A stretch of DNA of 64,000 bases from Malacoraja senta (taxonomy: Eukaryota): NCBI GenBank assembly GCA_038087875.1, contig JAXLNO010000253.1, forward strand, positions 1-64,000. Reading direction: 5' to 3'. Positions within the stretch are counted from its first letter, which is position 1. Each line of letters opens with the position of its first letter. The position numbers were made by a program, and so were the translations under genes. Positions 1 through 12,571 of this stretch are shown piece by piece. Below the pieces are notes generated by a model. It made no database searches. It was given only the letters and a program-made list of their open reading frames with translations, and was not told the DNA's origin.

Positions 1-29
1 GCGCTATATAAATCCCATCCATTATTATT

Positions 30-3000
30 ATAGAGGGCAAGATCTTTGTCAGTGTGGTGGCGAAAAGATTTAAAGTATCTGAAACAAAACCATTTCACTT
101 ATACGTCAATCCAAAAGGCTGGCATAGCAGGTTTCTCGGGATGCATTGAACATACCAGTTCAACCCCACATACCAGAACGTAACCCCACTTTTTAAGAAG
201 GGAGGGAGAGAGAAAACGGGGAATTACAGACCAGTTAGTCTAACATCGGTAGTGGGGAAACTGCTAGAGTCAGTTATTAAAGATGGGATAGCAGCACATT
301 TGGAAAGTGGTGAAATCATTGGACAAAGTCAGCATGGATTTACGAAAGGTAAATCGTGTCTGACGAATCTTATAGAATTTTTCGAGGATGTAACTAGTAG
401 AGTGGATAGGGGAGAACCAGTGGATGTGTTGTATCTGGACTTTCAGAAGGCTTTCGACAAGGTACCACATAAGAGATTAGGATACAAACTTAAATCACAT
501 GGTATTGGGGGTTCAGTATTGATGTGGATAGAGAACTGGCTGGCAAACAGGAAGCAAAGAGTAGGAGTAAACGGGTCCTTTTCACAATGGCAGGCAGTGA
601 CTAGTGGGGTACCGCAAGGCTCAGTGCTGGGACCCCAGCTATTTACAATTTATATTAATGATCTGGACGAGGGAATTGAAAGCAACATCTCCAAGTTTGC
701 GGATGACACTAAGCTGGGGGGCAGTGTTAGCTGTGAGGAGGATGCTAGGAGACTGCAAGGTGACTTGGATAGGCTGGGTGAGTGGGCAAATGTTTTGCAG
801 ATGCAGTATAATGTGGATAAATGTGAGGTTATCCACTTTGGTGGCAAAAACGGGAAGGCAGACTATTATCTAAATGGTGGCCGATTAGGAAATGGGGAGG
901 TGCAGCGAGACCTGGGTGTCATGGTACACCAGTCATTGAAAGTAGGCATGCAGGTGCAGCAGGCAGTGAAGAAAGCGAATGGTATGTTGGCCTTCATAGC
1001 AAGAGGATTTGAGTATAGGAGCAGGGAGGTTCTACTGCAGTTGTACAGGGTCCTGGTGAGACCACACCTGGAGTATTGCGTACAGTTTTGGTCTCCAAAT
1101 CTGAGGAAGGACATTATAGCCATAGAGGGAGTGCAGAGAAGGTTCACCAGACTGATTCCTGGGATGTCAGGACTTTCATATGAAGAAAGACTGGATAGAC
1201 TTGGCTTATACTCGCTAGAATTTAGGAGATTGAGAGGGGATCTTATAGAAACGTACAAAATTCTTATGGGGTTGGACAGGCTAGATGCAGGAAGATTGTT
1301 CCCGATGTTGGGGAAGTCCAGGACAAGGGGTCACAGCTTAAGGATAAGGGGGAAATCCTGTAAGACCGAGATGAGGAAAAACTTTTTCACACAGAGAGTG
1401 GTGAATCTCTGGAACTCTCTGCCACAGACGGTAGTTGAGGCTAGTTCATTGGCTATATTTAAGAGGGAGTTAGATGTGGCCCTTGTGTCTAAAGGGATCA
1501 GGGGGTATGGAGAGAAGGCAGGTACGGGATACTGAGTTGGATGATCAGCCATGATCATATTGAATAGCGGTGCAGGCTCGAAGGGCCGAATGGCCTACTC
1601 CTGCACCTATTTTCTATGTATCTATGTATCTATGTATCATATGGCATCAAATCCAGACTGATAAGAAAGAACGAAAGAATCTGCATGTCTTGTTCCACGA
1701 TCTGGCCAACACCTATGGATCCGTTCCTCATTCACTACTGTAGACTGCTTCTGAATTCTTTCAGGTACTTGCAATAATAACAAATCTGGTAAAAAACTAC
1801 TTCCAGGACATGCAATTTTGTCTCACAACATCAGACTTCACCACAGCGTGGCAAGCACTGGAAGTAGGCATCATGGCGGGGTGCACCATCTCCCCATTGA
1901 CCTTCACTATGGCAATGGAACTCATTATCAGAGCATCAAAATGGGTTGTGGGAGGAAAACGGCTACAGTGTGGTCAGCGATTGCCACCGGTACGAGCCTT
2001 TATGGATGATATAACAACACTAACAACAACTATCCCCTGCACCAAGAGACTTCTGGAAAAACTTCATCAAAACATCACATGGGCAAGGATGAAGATTAAA
2101 CCCAGCAAGCAGAAGCATCTCCATTGTCAAAGGTCAAGTCAAGGATCAAAGATTTCATATTGACGGAATACCTGTTCCAACTGTTTCAGAAATGCCAGTG
2201 AAGAGTTTGGGCCGATGGTATGATGCAAAGCTCAAGGACACCGAGCAGTTTGAACAACTGAAAAAGGATACCATCATGCACATAGCTCGCATCAACAAGA
2301 CCTTGCTTCCAGGAAAACTCAAGCTGTGGTGCTTCCAATTTGGCATTCTACCAAGAATCATGTGGCCTTTAACTATGTATGAAATCCCCATCAACAAAGT
2401 GGAAAAGCTGGAAAGAATGCTCAGCACACATGTGAAACAGTGGCTTGGACTTCCACGATGCTTAAGTGGTGTCGGACTGTACGGGAGTGGCAAATTGGAA
2501 TTACCCATTGCAGGACTTGTGGAAGAGTTCAAATGCACTAAAGCAAGGTTGGTCATGACCCTCACTGAATCTGAAGATACTGTTATTCGAACAGCGGCCC
2601 CCAGTGTGGCAACGGGGAGGAAGTGGGCCCCATCTGAAGCCGTTCAGAGTGCTAAGTCTGCTCTTCATTTCCGGGATGTGGTTGGTCAAGACCAACACGG
2701 GAGAGCCGGGCTCGGGCTCGTCCCAAAAGCTCCTCAATGACACAAGGCAACATCAGTGCAGAAGAGACGGCTTGTGGTGGAGGAGGTGAGAAGACGGGAG
2801 GAGGCAGAGCGACACACCAAGGCCATCTCAATGGCCAAGCAGGGCCAATGGACTAACTGGAAGAGCCTGGAAAAGAGGAAACTCAGCTGGCGTGACATCT
2901 GGCAAATGGAAGGATCTCGGCTCAGTTTTGTCATCAGAGCCACTTATGTTCTACCCTCACCCCAGAACCTGAAGCAGTGGTTCAGAGAAGACCCCACTTG

Positions 3001-3735
3001 CTCCCTTTGCCAAGCACCTGCATCACTAAGGCACATTTTAACAGGATGCACTATGAGCCTCGGCCAAGGGCGTTACACTTGGCGGCATAACCAAGTTCTC
3101 AAACAGCTGGCATCAATCCTTGAACAGAGGCGAACGATCACAAATGCTTCCCCACCAACATCGGCTGGAAATGTCCATTTCACAACATTTGTACCAGCAG
3201 GCCAACCTCCAGAGCACCAGATAACATCAATGGATGCAAGCATTCTGCAGCCTGCTTGGGATTGGAAGATGGAAGTGGACTTAGAAAAAAGGCGTGTGTT
3301 TCCCCCAGACATTGTGGCTACAACACTTCGGCCAGACATGGTCCTGTGGTCCACAACAGCCAAGTTGGCATACGTTGTGGAATTGACAGTTCCATGGAAA
3401 GATGGTGTGGAAGAAGCTTATGAGAGGAAAAAGACTTAGTACTCTGAACTGGCAACTGAAGATGGCTGGAAGACCAAGATTTTCCCTGTCGAAGTGGGAT
3501 GCAGGGGATTTGTTGCTACATCAAAGACCAGGCTATTAAAGAAAATGGGGGTGAGGGGTTGCTTCCTCCAACAAGCAATCAAATCATTATCAAATTCTGC
3601 AGAAAAAATCAGCAATTGGATTTGGATCAAAAGGAGAGACAACAATTGGGCTGCAAGATGAAGACAGGTGGGTACGGAATTGCGGGGGGTGTAACTGGGA
3701 CGCCAGGTATCACCGTTGAGCCCTCTGGAGATGTT
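30..3735 (+). mobile_element. R2/Hero(NeSL)-like REL-endonuclease non-LTR retrotransposon, copy A (split by CR1 177-1636)
   Basis: RT (GIMAGCTISP, AFMDD), CCHC knuckle (CSLC...HILTGC), REL motif RPDMVLW...VELTVPW...AYERK; stops and frameshifts. Confidence 0.85.
177..1636 (+). mobile_element. CR1 LINE, 5'-truncated
   Basis: RT ORF 252-1535 ([23 protein letters not shown]); (TCTATGTA)n tail. Confidence 0.95.
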
Positions 3736-4560
3736 AGAAACATGGAAACATAGACAATAGGTGCAGGAGTAGGCCATTCGGCCCTTTGAGCCTGCACCGC
3801 CATTCAATATAATCATGGCTGATCATCCAACTCAGTATCCTGTACCTGCCTACTCTCCATACCCCCTGATCCCTTTAGCCACAAGGGCCACATCTAACTC
3901 CGTCTTAAATATAGCCAATGAACTGGCCTCAACTACCTTCTGTGGCAGAGAATGCCAGAGATTCACCACTCTCTGTATGAAAAATGTTTTTCTCATCTCG
4001 GTCCTAAAAGATTTCCCCCTTATCCTTAAACTGTGAATCCTTGTTCTCGACTTCCCCAACATCGGGAACAATCTTCCTGCATCTAGCCTGTCCAACCCCT
4101 TAAGAATTTTGTAAGTTTCTATAAGATCCCCCCTCAATCTTCTAAATTATAGCGAGTACAAGCCAAGTCTATCCAGTCTTTCTTCATATGAAAGTCCTGA
4201 CATCCCAAGAATCAGTCTGGTGAACCTTCTCTGTACTCCCTCTATGGCAAGAATGTCTTTCCTCAGATTAGGAGACCAAAACTGTACGCAATACTCCAGG
4301 TGTGGTCTCACCAAGACCCTGTACAACTGCAGTAGAACCTCCCTACTCCTATACTCAAATACTTTTGCTATGAATGCAAACATACCATTCGCTTTCTTCA
4401 CTGCCTGCTGCACCTGCATGCCCACTTTCAATGACTGGTGTACCATGACACCCAGGTCTCGTTGCATCTCCCCTTTTCCTAATCGGCAACCATTCAGATA
4501 ATAGTCTACTTTCCTGTTTTTGCCACCAAAGTGGATAACCTCACATTTATCCACATTATA
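3736..4560 (-). mobile_element. CR1 3' fragment (copies at 10261-11093 and 15844-16668)
   Basis: CR1 ORF2 C-terminus and tail; identical junctions in all three units. Confidence 0.92.
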
Positions 4561-5769
4561 CAATTCAAAGCATATTATTTTGTGTTAGATTGTAGTTTAA
4601 ATAATTTTCATTCACAACCGCATAAGGCCATTAAACTAATTATCTTCCTTGAGTGATGTGATGCAAGAATAGTCCATGATTTGCCCAAAAAGATAATACA
4701 TTTTCATAAAGTTTACAGTAAAATCTGGAATAACCCAACTGCACCTTTTTATGGTCTGCTAAAAAGTTTTTAACATGTACTTCCTAATTCTTTTCCAGAG
4801 AACCCTACTCACTTTCACACATAGAGATGGCTGTCTCCGTCGAACAGAAACAGCTGTGGATGAAGGGAGAGAGAGAGAGGCTCAGAGACATGGGTCTGTA
4901 ATAAAGTTTATCTTTTGATGTAGATTCTTATTTGTATGTTAATGCCGTTTTTTCCCTGTTTGAGATTGTTTTCGTTTTTGTTTGCTTACTCCCACATTTT
5001 GTAGTGGGTGATAGTTAAACACCTTAAGAATCCATTTGACTCTCACCTTTTGTTCATTTTAATATAATTCCATAGTATCATGACTTTAATGTACTATTTC
5101 CTTCATCATGAAACACCAAATAGAGGATGCGATCTACTCACATCTTACATCTCACAATCATTTGCTGTGCCTTTTAAATGTAAAATAATTTAACCTCAGA
5201 AAATAAGACAAACCGCACTGTGAATGTGAAAGTTTTTATTCATCTTGTTCAATAAATAAAGGCCATTTTTACACATCTTGTTAAATGGAGCACCACAGCA
5301 AACAACGGTGGTTTGCAATAGGGCTTACCGCACATGTCAATTAACAAATGAAACACAAAGAAGTTTTTCCAGTATTTCTTATCATTCAGCTGACAAATGA
5401 AGCACCAGCCTACATTCTGACAATAAAACAGACAATGCAATGAATTCAAGGGCTATGTTTGCAGATCTACCTACACTAATCAGACCAGCAGATGCATGAC
5501 AAATACTATGTTATGAACAGACATCTGCAATGAAATTCTTGACACAAAAATGAAAATAAAAATCCACACTTAAACTGAAATCAAACAAATACAGCAGGAT
5601 TTAAAGTAAACATAACATTCACTGATCTTGTCTGCATGTGGGTTCTCCTCATGCAGTGGTGTACCTGTTGTCTGCTGTCCCTCAAATGACTTGGTTCTGC
5701 CACGGCACACTGCCCAGTGCTGAGTTATAGTATGAGCAGAGATGGTCTCTCGGCTCTTTTGTAATCTTA

Positions 5770-6917
5770 TAATAATAATAATAATAGATTTTATTTATAT
5801 AGCGCTTTTCAGGACTCAAAGTCGCTTTACAATTGAGAGTCAGGAATAAACAAAACAAAATAGAGCAGTAAGACAGAGGGGAGGGGAACATGGGCCTAAG
5901 GGTATGCAGAGGTGAAGAGATGGGTCTTGAGGCGGGACTGGAAGATGGTGAGGGACTCAGAATTTCGGACCGGTTGTGGGAGGGAATTCCAGAGCCTGGG
6001 AGCTGCCCTGGAGAAGGCTCTGCCTCCAAAAGTGCAGAGGTTTGATTTCAGAGCGGAGAGGAGACCAGCTGATGTGGATCTGAGGGACCGTGAGGGTTGG
6101 TAGGGGGAGAGGAGGTCAATGAGATAAGGGGGGGCCAGGTTGTTGAGGGCTTTGTAGGTGAGGACCAGGATTTTGTAGGTGATCCGGTGGGAAATGGGAA
6201 GCCAGTGAAGTTCTTTGAGAACTGGGGTGATGTGGTGCCAGGATTTGGTGTGGGTAATGAGTCGGGCGGCTGCATTCTGGACCAGTTGGAGTCGTTTGAT
6301 GCTGCTGGAATTGATTCCGAAAAGAAGAGAGTTACAGTAGTCCAGTCGGGAGGAGATGAAGGCATGGATGAGTCTTTCAGCAGCGGGGGGTGTGAGAGAC
6401 GATCTGATTTTTGCAATGTTGCGGAGGTGAAAAAATGATGTTTTGACAACATGGCGGATGTGAGGCTCAAGGGAGAGGGTTGAGTCAAGGATCACGCCAA
6501 GGTTGCGTGCCTGAGGAGATGGGGAGACAGTGGTGCCGTCTTTAGTGAGAGTGGGGTTGTTAATTTTAGTGAGTGTTGATTTGGAGCCAATGAGGAGAAA
6601 TTCTGTTTTGCTACTGTTTAATTTAAGGAAGTTGAGTTGCATCCAAGATTTGATGGCTGATAGGCAGGAGTTGATATGGGAGAGAGGGGGGTGGTGGGGG
6701 GACTTGGTGCTGAGATAGATCTGGGTGTCATCAGCATAGCAGTGGAAGTCCAGTTTGAAGTGACGGAGTATATGACCAAGGGGGAGGATGTAGATGATGA
6801 AGAGGAGGGGACCAAGAACGGAGCCTTGGGGAACGCCTTGAGTGACAGTGGCTGTGGCAGAGGTGTGGTTATGGAGAGAGATGAAGTGGGATCGGTTGGA
6901 AAGGTAAGAACGGAACC
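5770..6917 (-). mobile_element. L2-clade LINE, 5'-truncated
   Basis: ORF 5896-6642 (LKLNSSKTE, RNLGVILDS, SRLDYCNS, LHWLP); (TAT)n tail; ATCTTA duplicated at 5764-5769 and 6918-6923; absent at the equivalent site at 12349. Confidence 0.92.
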
Positions 6918-7139
6918 ATCTTAGTCCCCGTGTTACCTGGAAAACGCTGCAGTGACACCAAAGTCACGTCGCATACACCACTCCTCCACACACCTGGTGT
7001 TACGCTCCCTGTTTGACTGTCCACCAAGTCACTGTCCTGCATGGCTACTTGTGTTATGGACTTGGACCCCAAGATCCCTCTGTACATCTACACTCTTATG
7101 GCCATTGCCTACCTCACTGTCCGTGACCCCAGCAATATT

Positions 7140-10100
7140 ATCATCGTCAAAAAAGGAGGTTGAAGGACACATTAGAACCATCCACACTGATGTTAAAAGA
7201 TGAACCGATTTTTGTCCCCGCTGACATCCCACCAATCTCACCCCCACAACATCAATTTGACACCAACCCTCCCAAGCTGAGTGAGGTAAAAGATGTAGTG
7301 AGGAAGGCAAGAACGGCCTCTGCACCAGGCCCTAATGGTGTTCCGTATTGTGTCTACAAGAATACCCCAGATATTCTGAAATTCCTCTGGAGAAACATGA
7401 GGGTTGCGTGGGAAAAGGAAGTCATCCCCAAAGCCTGGCGAAGAGCGGGGCGAGGCCCGAACCCAAAAGAAAAAATTTATTCCACCATCGCACAGTTTCG
7501 GCAAATAAACCTTCTTAATAAACCTTTCATAGCAAAAGGATTTGAGTATAGGAGCAGGGAGGTTCTACTGCAGTTGTACAGGGTCTTGGTGAGACCACAC
7601 CTGGAGTATTGCGTACAGTTTTGGTCTCCAAATCTGAGGAAAGACATTCTTCCCATAGAGGGAGTGCAGAGAAGGTTCACCAGACTGATTCCTGGGATGT
7701 CAGGACTTTCATATGAAGAAAGACTGGATAGACTCGGCTTGTACTCGCTAGAAATTAGAAGATTGAGGGGGCATCTTATAGAAACTTACAAAATTCTTAA
7801 GGGGTTGAACAGGTTAGATGCAGGAAAGTTGTTCCCGATGTTGGGGAAGTCCAAGACAAGGGGTCACAGCCTAAGGATAAGGAGGAAATCTTTTAGGACC
7901 GAGATGAGAAAAACTTTTATCACACAGAGGGTGGTGAATCTGTGGAACTCTCTGCCACAGAAGGTAGTTGAGGCCAGTTCATTGGCTATATTTAAGAGGG
8001 AGTTAGATGTGGCCCTTGTGGCTAAAGGGATCAGGGGGTATGGAGAGAAGGCAGGTACATGATACTGAGTGGATGATCAGCCATGATCATATTGAATGGC
8101 GGTGCAGGCTCGAAGGGCCGAATGGCCTACTCCTGTATCTATTTTCTATGTTTCTTTGTATCTATGTTAACATAGAGGGCAAGATCTTTGTCAGTGTGGT
8201 GGCGAAAAGATTTAAAGTATCTGAAACAAAACCATTTCACTTATACGTCAATCCAAAAGGCTGGCATAGCAGGCTTCTCGGGATGCCTTGAACATACCAG
8301 CATCATATGGCATCAAATCCAGACTGATAAGAAAGAACGAAAGAATCTGCATGTCTTGTTCCACGATCTGGCCAACACCTATGGATCAGTTCCTCATTCG
8401 CTACTGTAGACTGCTTCTGAATTCTTTCAGGTACTTGCAATAATAACAAATCTGGTAAAAAACTACTTCCAGGATCTGCAATTTTGTCTCACAACATCAG
8501 ACTTCACCACAGCGTGGCAAGCACTGGAAGTAGGCATCATGGCGGGGTGCACCATCTCCCCATTGACCTTCACTATGGCAATGGAGCTCATTATCAGAGC
8601 TTCAAAATAGGTTGTGGGAGGAAAACGGCTACAGTGTGGTCAGCGATTGCCACCGGTACGAGCCTTTATGGACGATATAACAACACTAACAACAACTATC
8701 CCCTGCACCAAGAGACTTCTGGAAAAACTTCATCAAAACATCACATGGGCAAGGATGAAGTTTAAACCCAGCAAGTGCAGAAGCATCTCCATTGTCAAAG
8801 GTCAAGTCAAGGATCAAAGATATCATATTGACGGAATACCTGTTCCAACTGTTTCAGAAATGCCAGTGAAGAGTTTGGGCCGATGGTATGATGCAAAGCT
8901 CAAGGACACCGAGCAGTTTGAACAACTGAAAAAGGATACCATCATGCACATAGCTCGCATCAACAAGACCTTGCTACCAGGAAAACTCAAGCTGTGGTGC
9001 TTCCAATTTGGCATTCTACCAAGAAATATGTGGCCTTTAACTATGTATGAAATCCCCATCAACAAAGTGGAAAAGCTGGAAAGAATGCTCAGCACACATG
9101 TGAAACAGTGGCTTGGACTTCCACGATGCTTAAGTGGTGTCGGACTGGACGGGAGTGGCAAATTGGAATTACCCATTGCAGGACTTGTGGAAGAGTTCAA
9201 ATGTACTAAAGCAAGGTTGGTCATGACCCTCACTGAATCTGAAGATACTGTTATTCGGCACAAGGCAACATCAGTGCAGAAGAGACGGCTTGTGGTGGAG
9301 GAGGTGAGAAGACGGGAGGAGGCAGAGCGACACGCCAAGGCCGTCTCAATGGCCAAGCAGGGCCAATGGACTAACTGGAAGAGCCTGGAAAAGAGGAAAC
9401 TCAGCTGGCATGACATCTGGCAAATGGAAGGATCTCGGCTCAGTTTTGTCATCAGAGCGACTTATGTTCTACCTACACCCCAGAACCTGAAGCAGTGGTT
9501 CGGAGAAGACCCCACTTGCTCCCTTTGCCAAGCACCTGAATCACTAAGGCACATTTTAACAGGATGCACTATGAGCCTCGGCCAAGGGCTACACTTGGCG
9601 GCATAACCAAGTTCTCAAACAGCTGTCATCAATCCTTGAACAGAGGCGAACGATCACAAATGCTTCCCCACCAACATCGGCAGGAAATGTCCACTTCACA
9701 ACATTTGTACCAGCAGGCCAACCTCCAGAGCACCAGATAACATCAATGGATGCAAGCATTCTGCAGCCTGCTCGGGTTTGGAAAATGGAAGTAGACTTAG
9801 GAAAAAGGCTTGTGTTTCCCCCAGACATTGTGGCTACAACACTTCGCCCAGACATGGTCCTGTGGTCCACAACAGCCAAGTTGGCATACGTTGTGGAATT
9901 GACAGTTCCATGGGAAGATGGTGTTGAAGAAGCTTATGAGAGGAAAAAGATTTAGTACTCTGAACTGGCAACTGAAGTTTCCAGAATGGCTGGAAGACCA
10001 AGATTTTCCCTGTCGAAGTGGGATTCAGGGGATTTGTTGCTACATCTATGACCAGGCTATTAAAGAAAATGGGGGTGAGAGGTTGCTCCCCCCAACAAGC

Positions 10101-10260
10101 AATCAAATCATTATCAAATTCTGCAGAAAATAATCAACAATTGGATTTGGATCAAAAGGAGAGACAACAATTGGGCTGCAAGATGAAGACAGGAGGATAC
10201 GGAATTGAGGGGGGTGTAACTGGGATGACAGGTATCACCGTTGAGCCCTCTGGAGATGTT
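7140..10260 (+). mobile_element. R2/Hero-like element, copy B (split by CR1 7525-8166; internal in-frame deletion near 9257)
   Basis: SAPGPNGVPY...FRQINLLN/IEGKIF RT N-terminus, AFMDD, REL motif. Confidence 0.85.
7525..8166 (+). mobile_element. CR1 3' fragment inserted in the Hero-like RT (also 12957-13599)
   Basis: Interrupts INLLN/IEGKIF of the host ORF; CR1 3' UTR and tail. Confidence 0.92.
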
Positions 10261-12571
10261 AGAAACATAGAAACATAGAAACATAGAAAATAGGTGCAGG
10301 AGTAGGCCATTCGGCCCTTCGAGCCTGCACCGCCATTCAATATGATCATGGCTGATCATCCAACTCAGTATCCTGTACCTGCCTTCTCTCCATACCCCCT
10401 GATACCTTTAGCCACAAGGGCCACATCTAACTCTCTCTTAAATATAGCCAATGAACTGGCCTCAAATACCTTCTGTGGCAGAGAATTCCAGAGATTCACC
10501 ACTCTCTGTGTGAAAAATGTATTTCTCATCTCGGTCCTAAAAGATTTCCCCCTTATCCTTAAACTGTGACTCCTTGTTCTGGACTTCCCCAACATCGGGA
10601 ACAATCCTCCTGCATCTAGCCTGTCCAACCCTTTAAGAATTTTGCAAGTTTCTATAAGATCCCCCCTCAATCTTCTAAATTATAGCGAGTACAAGCCAAG
10701 TCTATCCAGTCTTTCTTCATATGAAAGTCCTGCCATCCCAAGAATCAGTCTGGTGAACCTTCTCTGTACTCCCTCTATGACAAGAATGTCTTTCCTCAGA
10801 TTAGGAGACCAAAACTGTACGCAATACTCCAGGTGTGGTCTCACCAAGACCCTGTACAAATGCAGTAGAACCTCCCTGCTCCTATACTCAAATACTTTTG
10901 CTATGAATGCTAACATACCATTCGATTTCTTCACTGCCTGCTGCACCTGCATGCCCACTTTCAATGACTGGTGTACCATGACACCCAGGTCTCGTTGCAT
11001 CTCCCCTTTTCCTAATCGGCCACCATTCAGATAATAGTCTACTTTCCTGTTTTTGCCACCAAAGTAGATAACCTCACATTTATCCACATTATACAATTCA
11101 AAGCATATTATTTTGTGTTAGATTGTAGTTTAAATAATTTTCATTCACAACCGCATAAGGCCATTAAATTAGTTATCTTCCTTGAGTGATGTGATGCAAG
11201 AATAGTCCATGATTTGCCCTAAAAGATAATACATTTTCATAAAGTTCACAGTAAAATCTGGAATAACCCAACTGCACCTTTTTATGGTCTGCTAAAAAGC
11301 TTTTAACATGTACTTCCTAATTCTTTTCCAGAGAACCCGACTCACTTTCACACATCTGCACCTGCTGTAACAGCCTTAACAGCATTGGCATCTGAATATG
11401 GAGATGGCTGTCTCCGTGAAACAGAAACAACTTTGGATGAAGGGAGAGCGAGAGAGAGAGAGAGGCTCAGAGACATGGGTCTGTAGTAAAGTTTATCTTT
11501 AGATGTAGATTCTTATTTGTATGTTAATTGTGTTTTTTCCCTGTTTGAGCTGGTTTTCGTTTTGTTTGCAAACTCCCACATTTTGTAGTGGGTGATAGTT
11601 AAACACCTTAAGAATCCATTTGATTCTCACCGTTTGTTCATTTTAATATATTTCCATAGTATCATGACTTTAATGTACTATTTCCTTCATCATGAAACAC
11701 CAAATAGAGGATGCGATCTGCTCACATCTTACATCTCACAATCATTTGCTGTGCCTTTTAAATGTAAAATAATTTAACCTCAGAAAATAAGACAAACCGC
11801 ACTGTGAATGTGAAACAGTCTTTATTCATCTTGTTCAATAAATAAAGGCCATTTTTACACATCTTGATAAATGGAGCACCACAGCAAACAACGGTGGTTT
11901 GCAATAGGGCTTACCGTACATGTCAATTAACAAATGAAACACAAAGAAGTTTTTCCAGTATTTCTTATCATTCAGCTGACAAATGAAGCACCAGCCTACA
12001 TTCTGACAATAAAACAGACAATGCAATGAATTCAAGGGCTATGTTTGCAGATCTACCTACACTAATCAGACCAGCAGATGCATGATAAATATTACGTTAT
12101 GAACAGACATCTGCAATGAAATTCTTGACACAAAAATGAAAATAAAAATCCACACTTAAACTGAAATCAAACAAATTCAGCAGGATTTAAAGTAAACATA
12201 ACATTCACTGATCTTGTCTGCATGTGGGTTCTCCTCATGCACTGGTGTACCTGTTGTCTGCTGTCCCTCAAATGACTTAGTTCTGCCACGGCACACTGCC
12301 CAGTGCTGAGTTATAGTATGAGCAGAGATGGTCTCTCTGCTCTTTTGTAATCTTAGTCCCCGTGTTACCTGGAAAACGCTGCAGTGACACCAAAGTCACG
12401 TCGCATACACCACTCCTCCACACACCTGGTGTTATGCTCCCTGTTTGAATGTCCACCAAGTCACTGTCCTGCATGGCTACTTGTGTTATGGACTTGGACC
12501 CCAAGATCCCTCTGTACATCTACACTCTTATGGCCATTGCCTACCTCACTGTCCGTGACCCCAGCAATATT

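Noticed and set aside
5249..5449. 66-aa ORF conserved in three copies (also 11835-12035 and 18433-18633)
   Set aside because: Conservation reflects recent duplication; non-ATG start and no recognisable motif.
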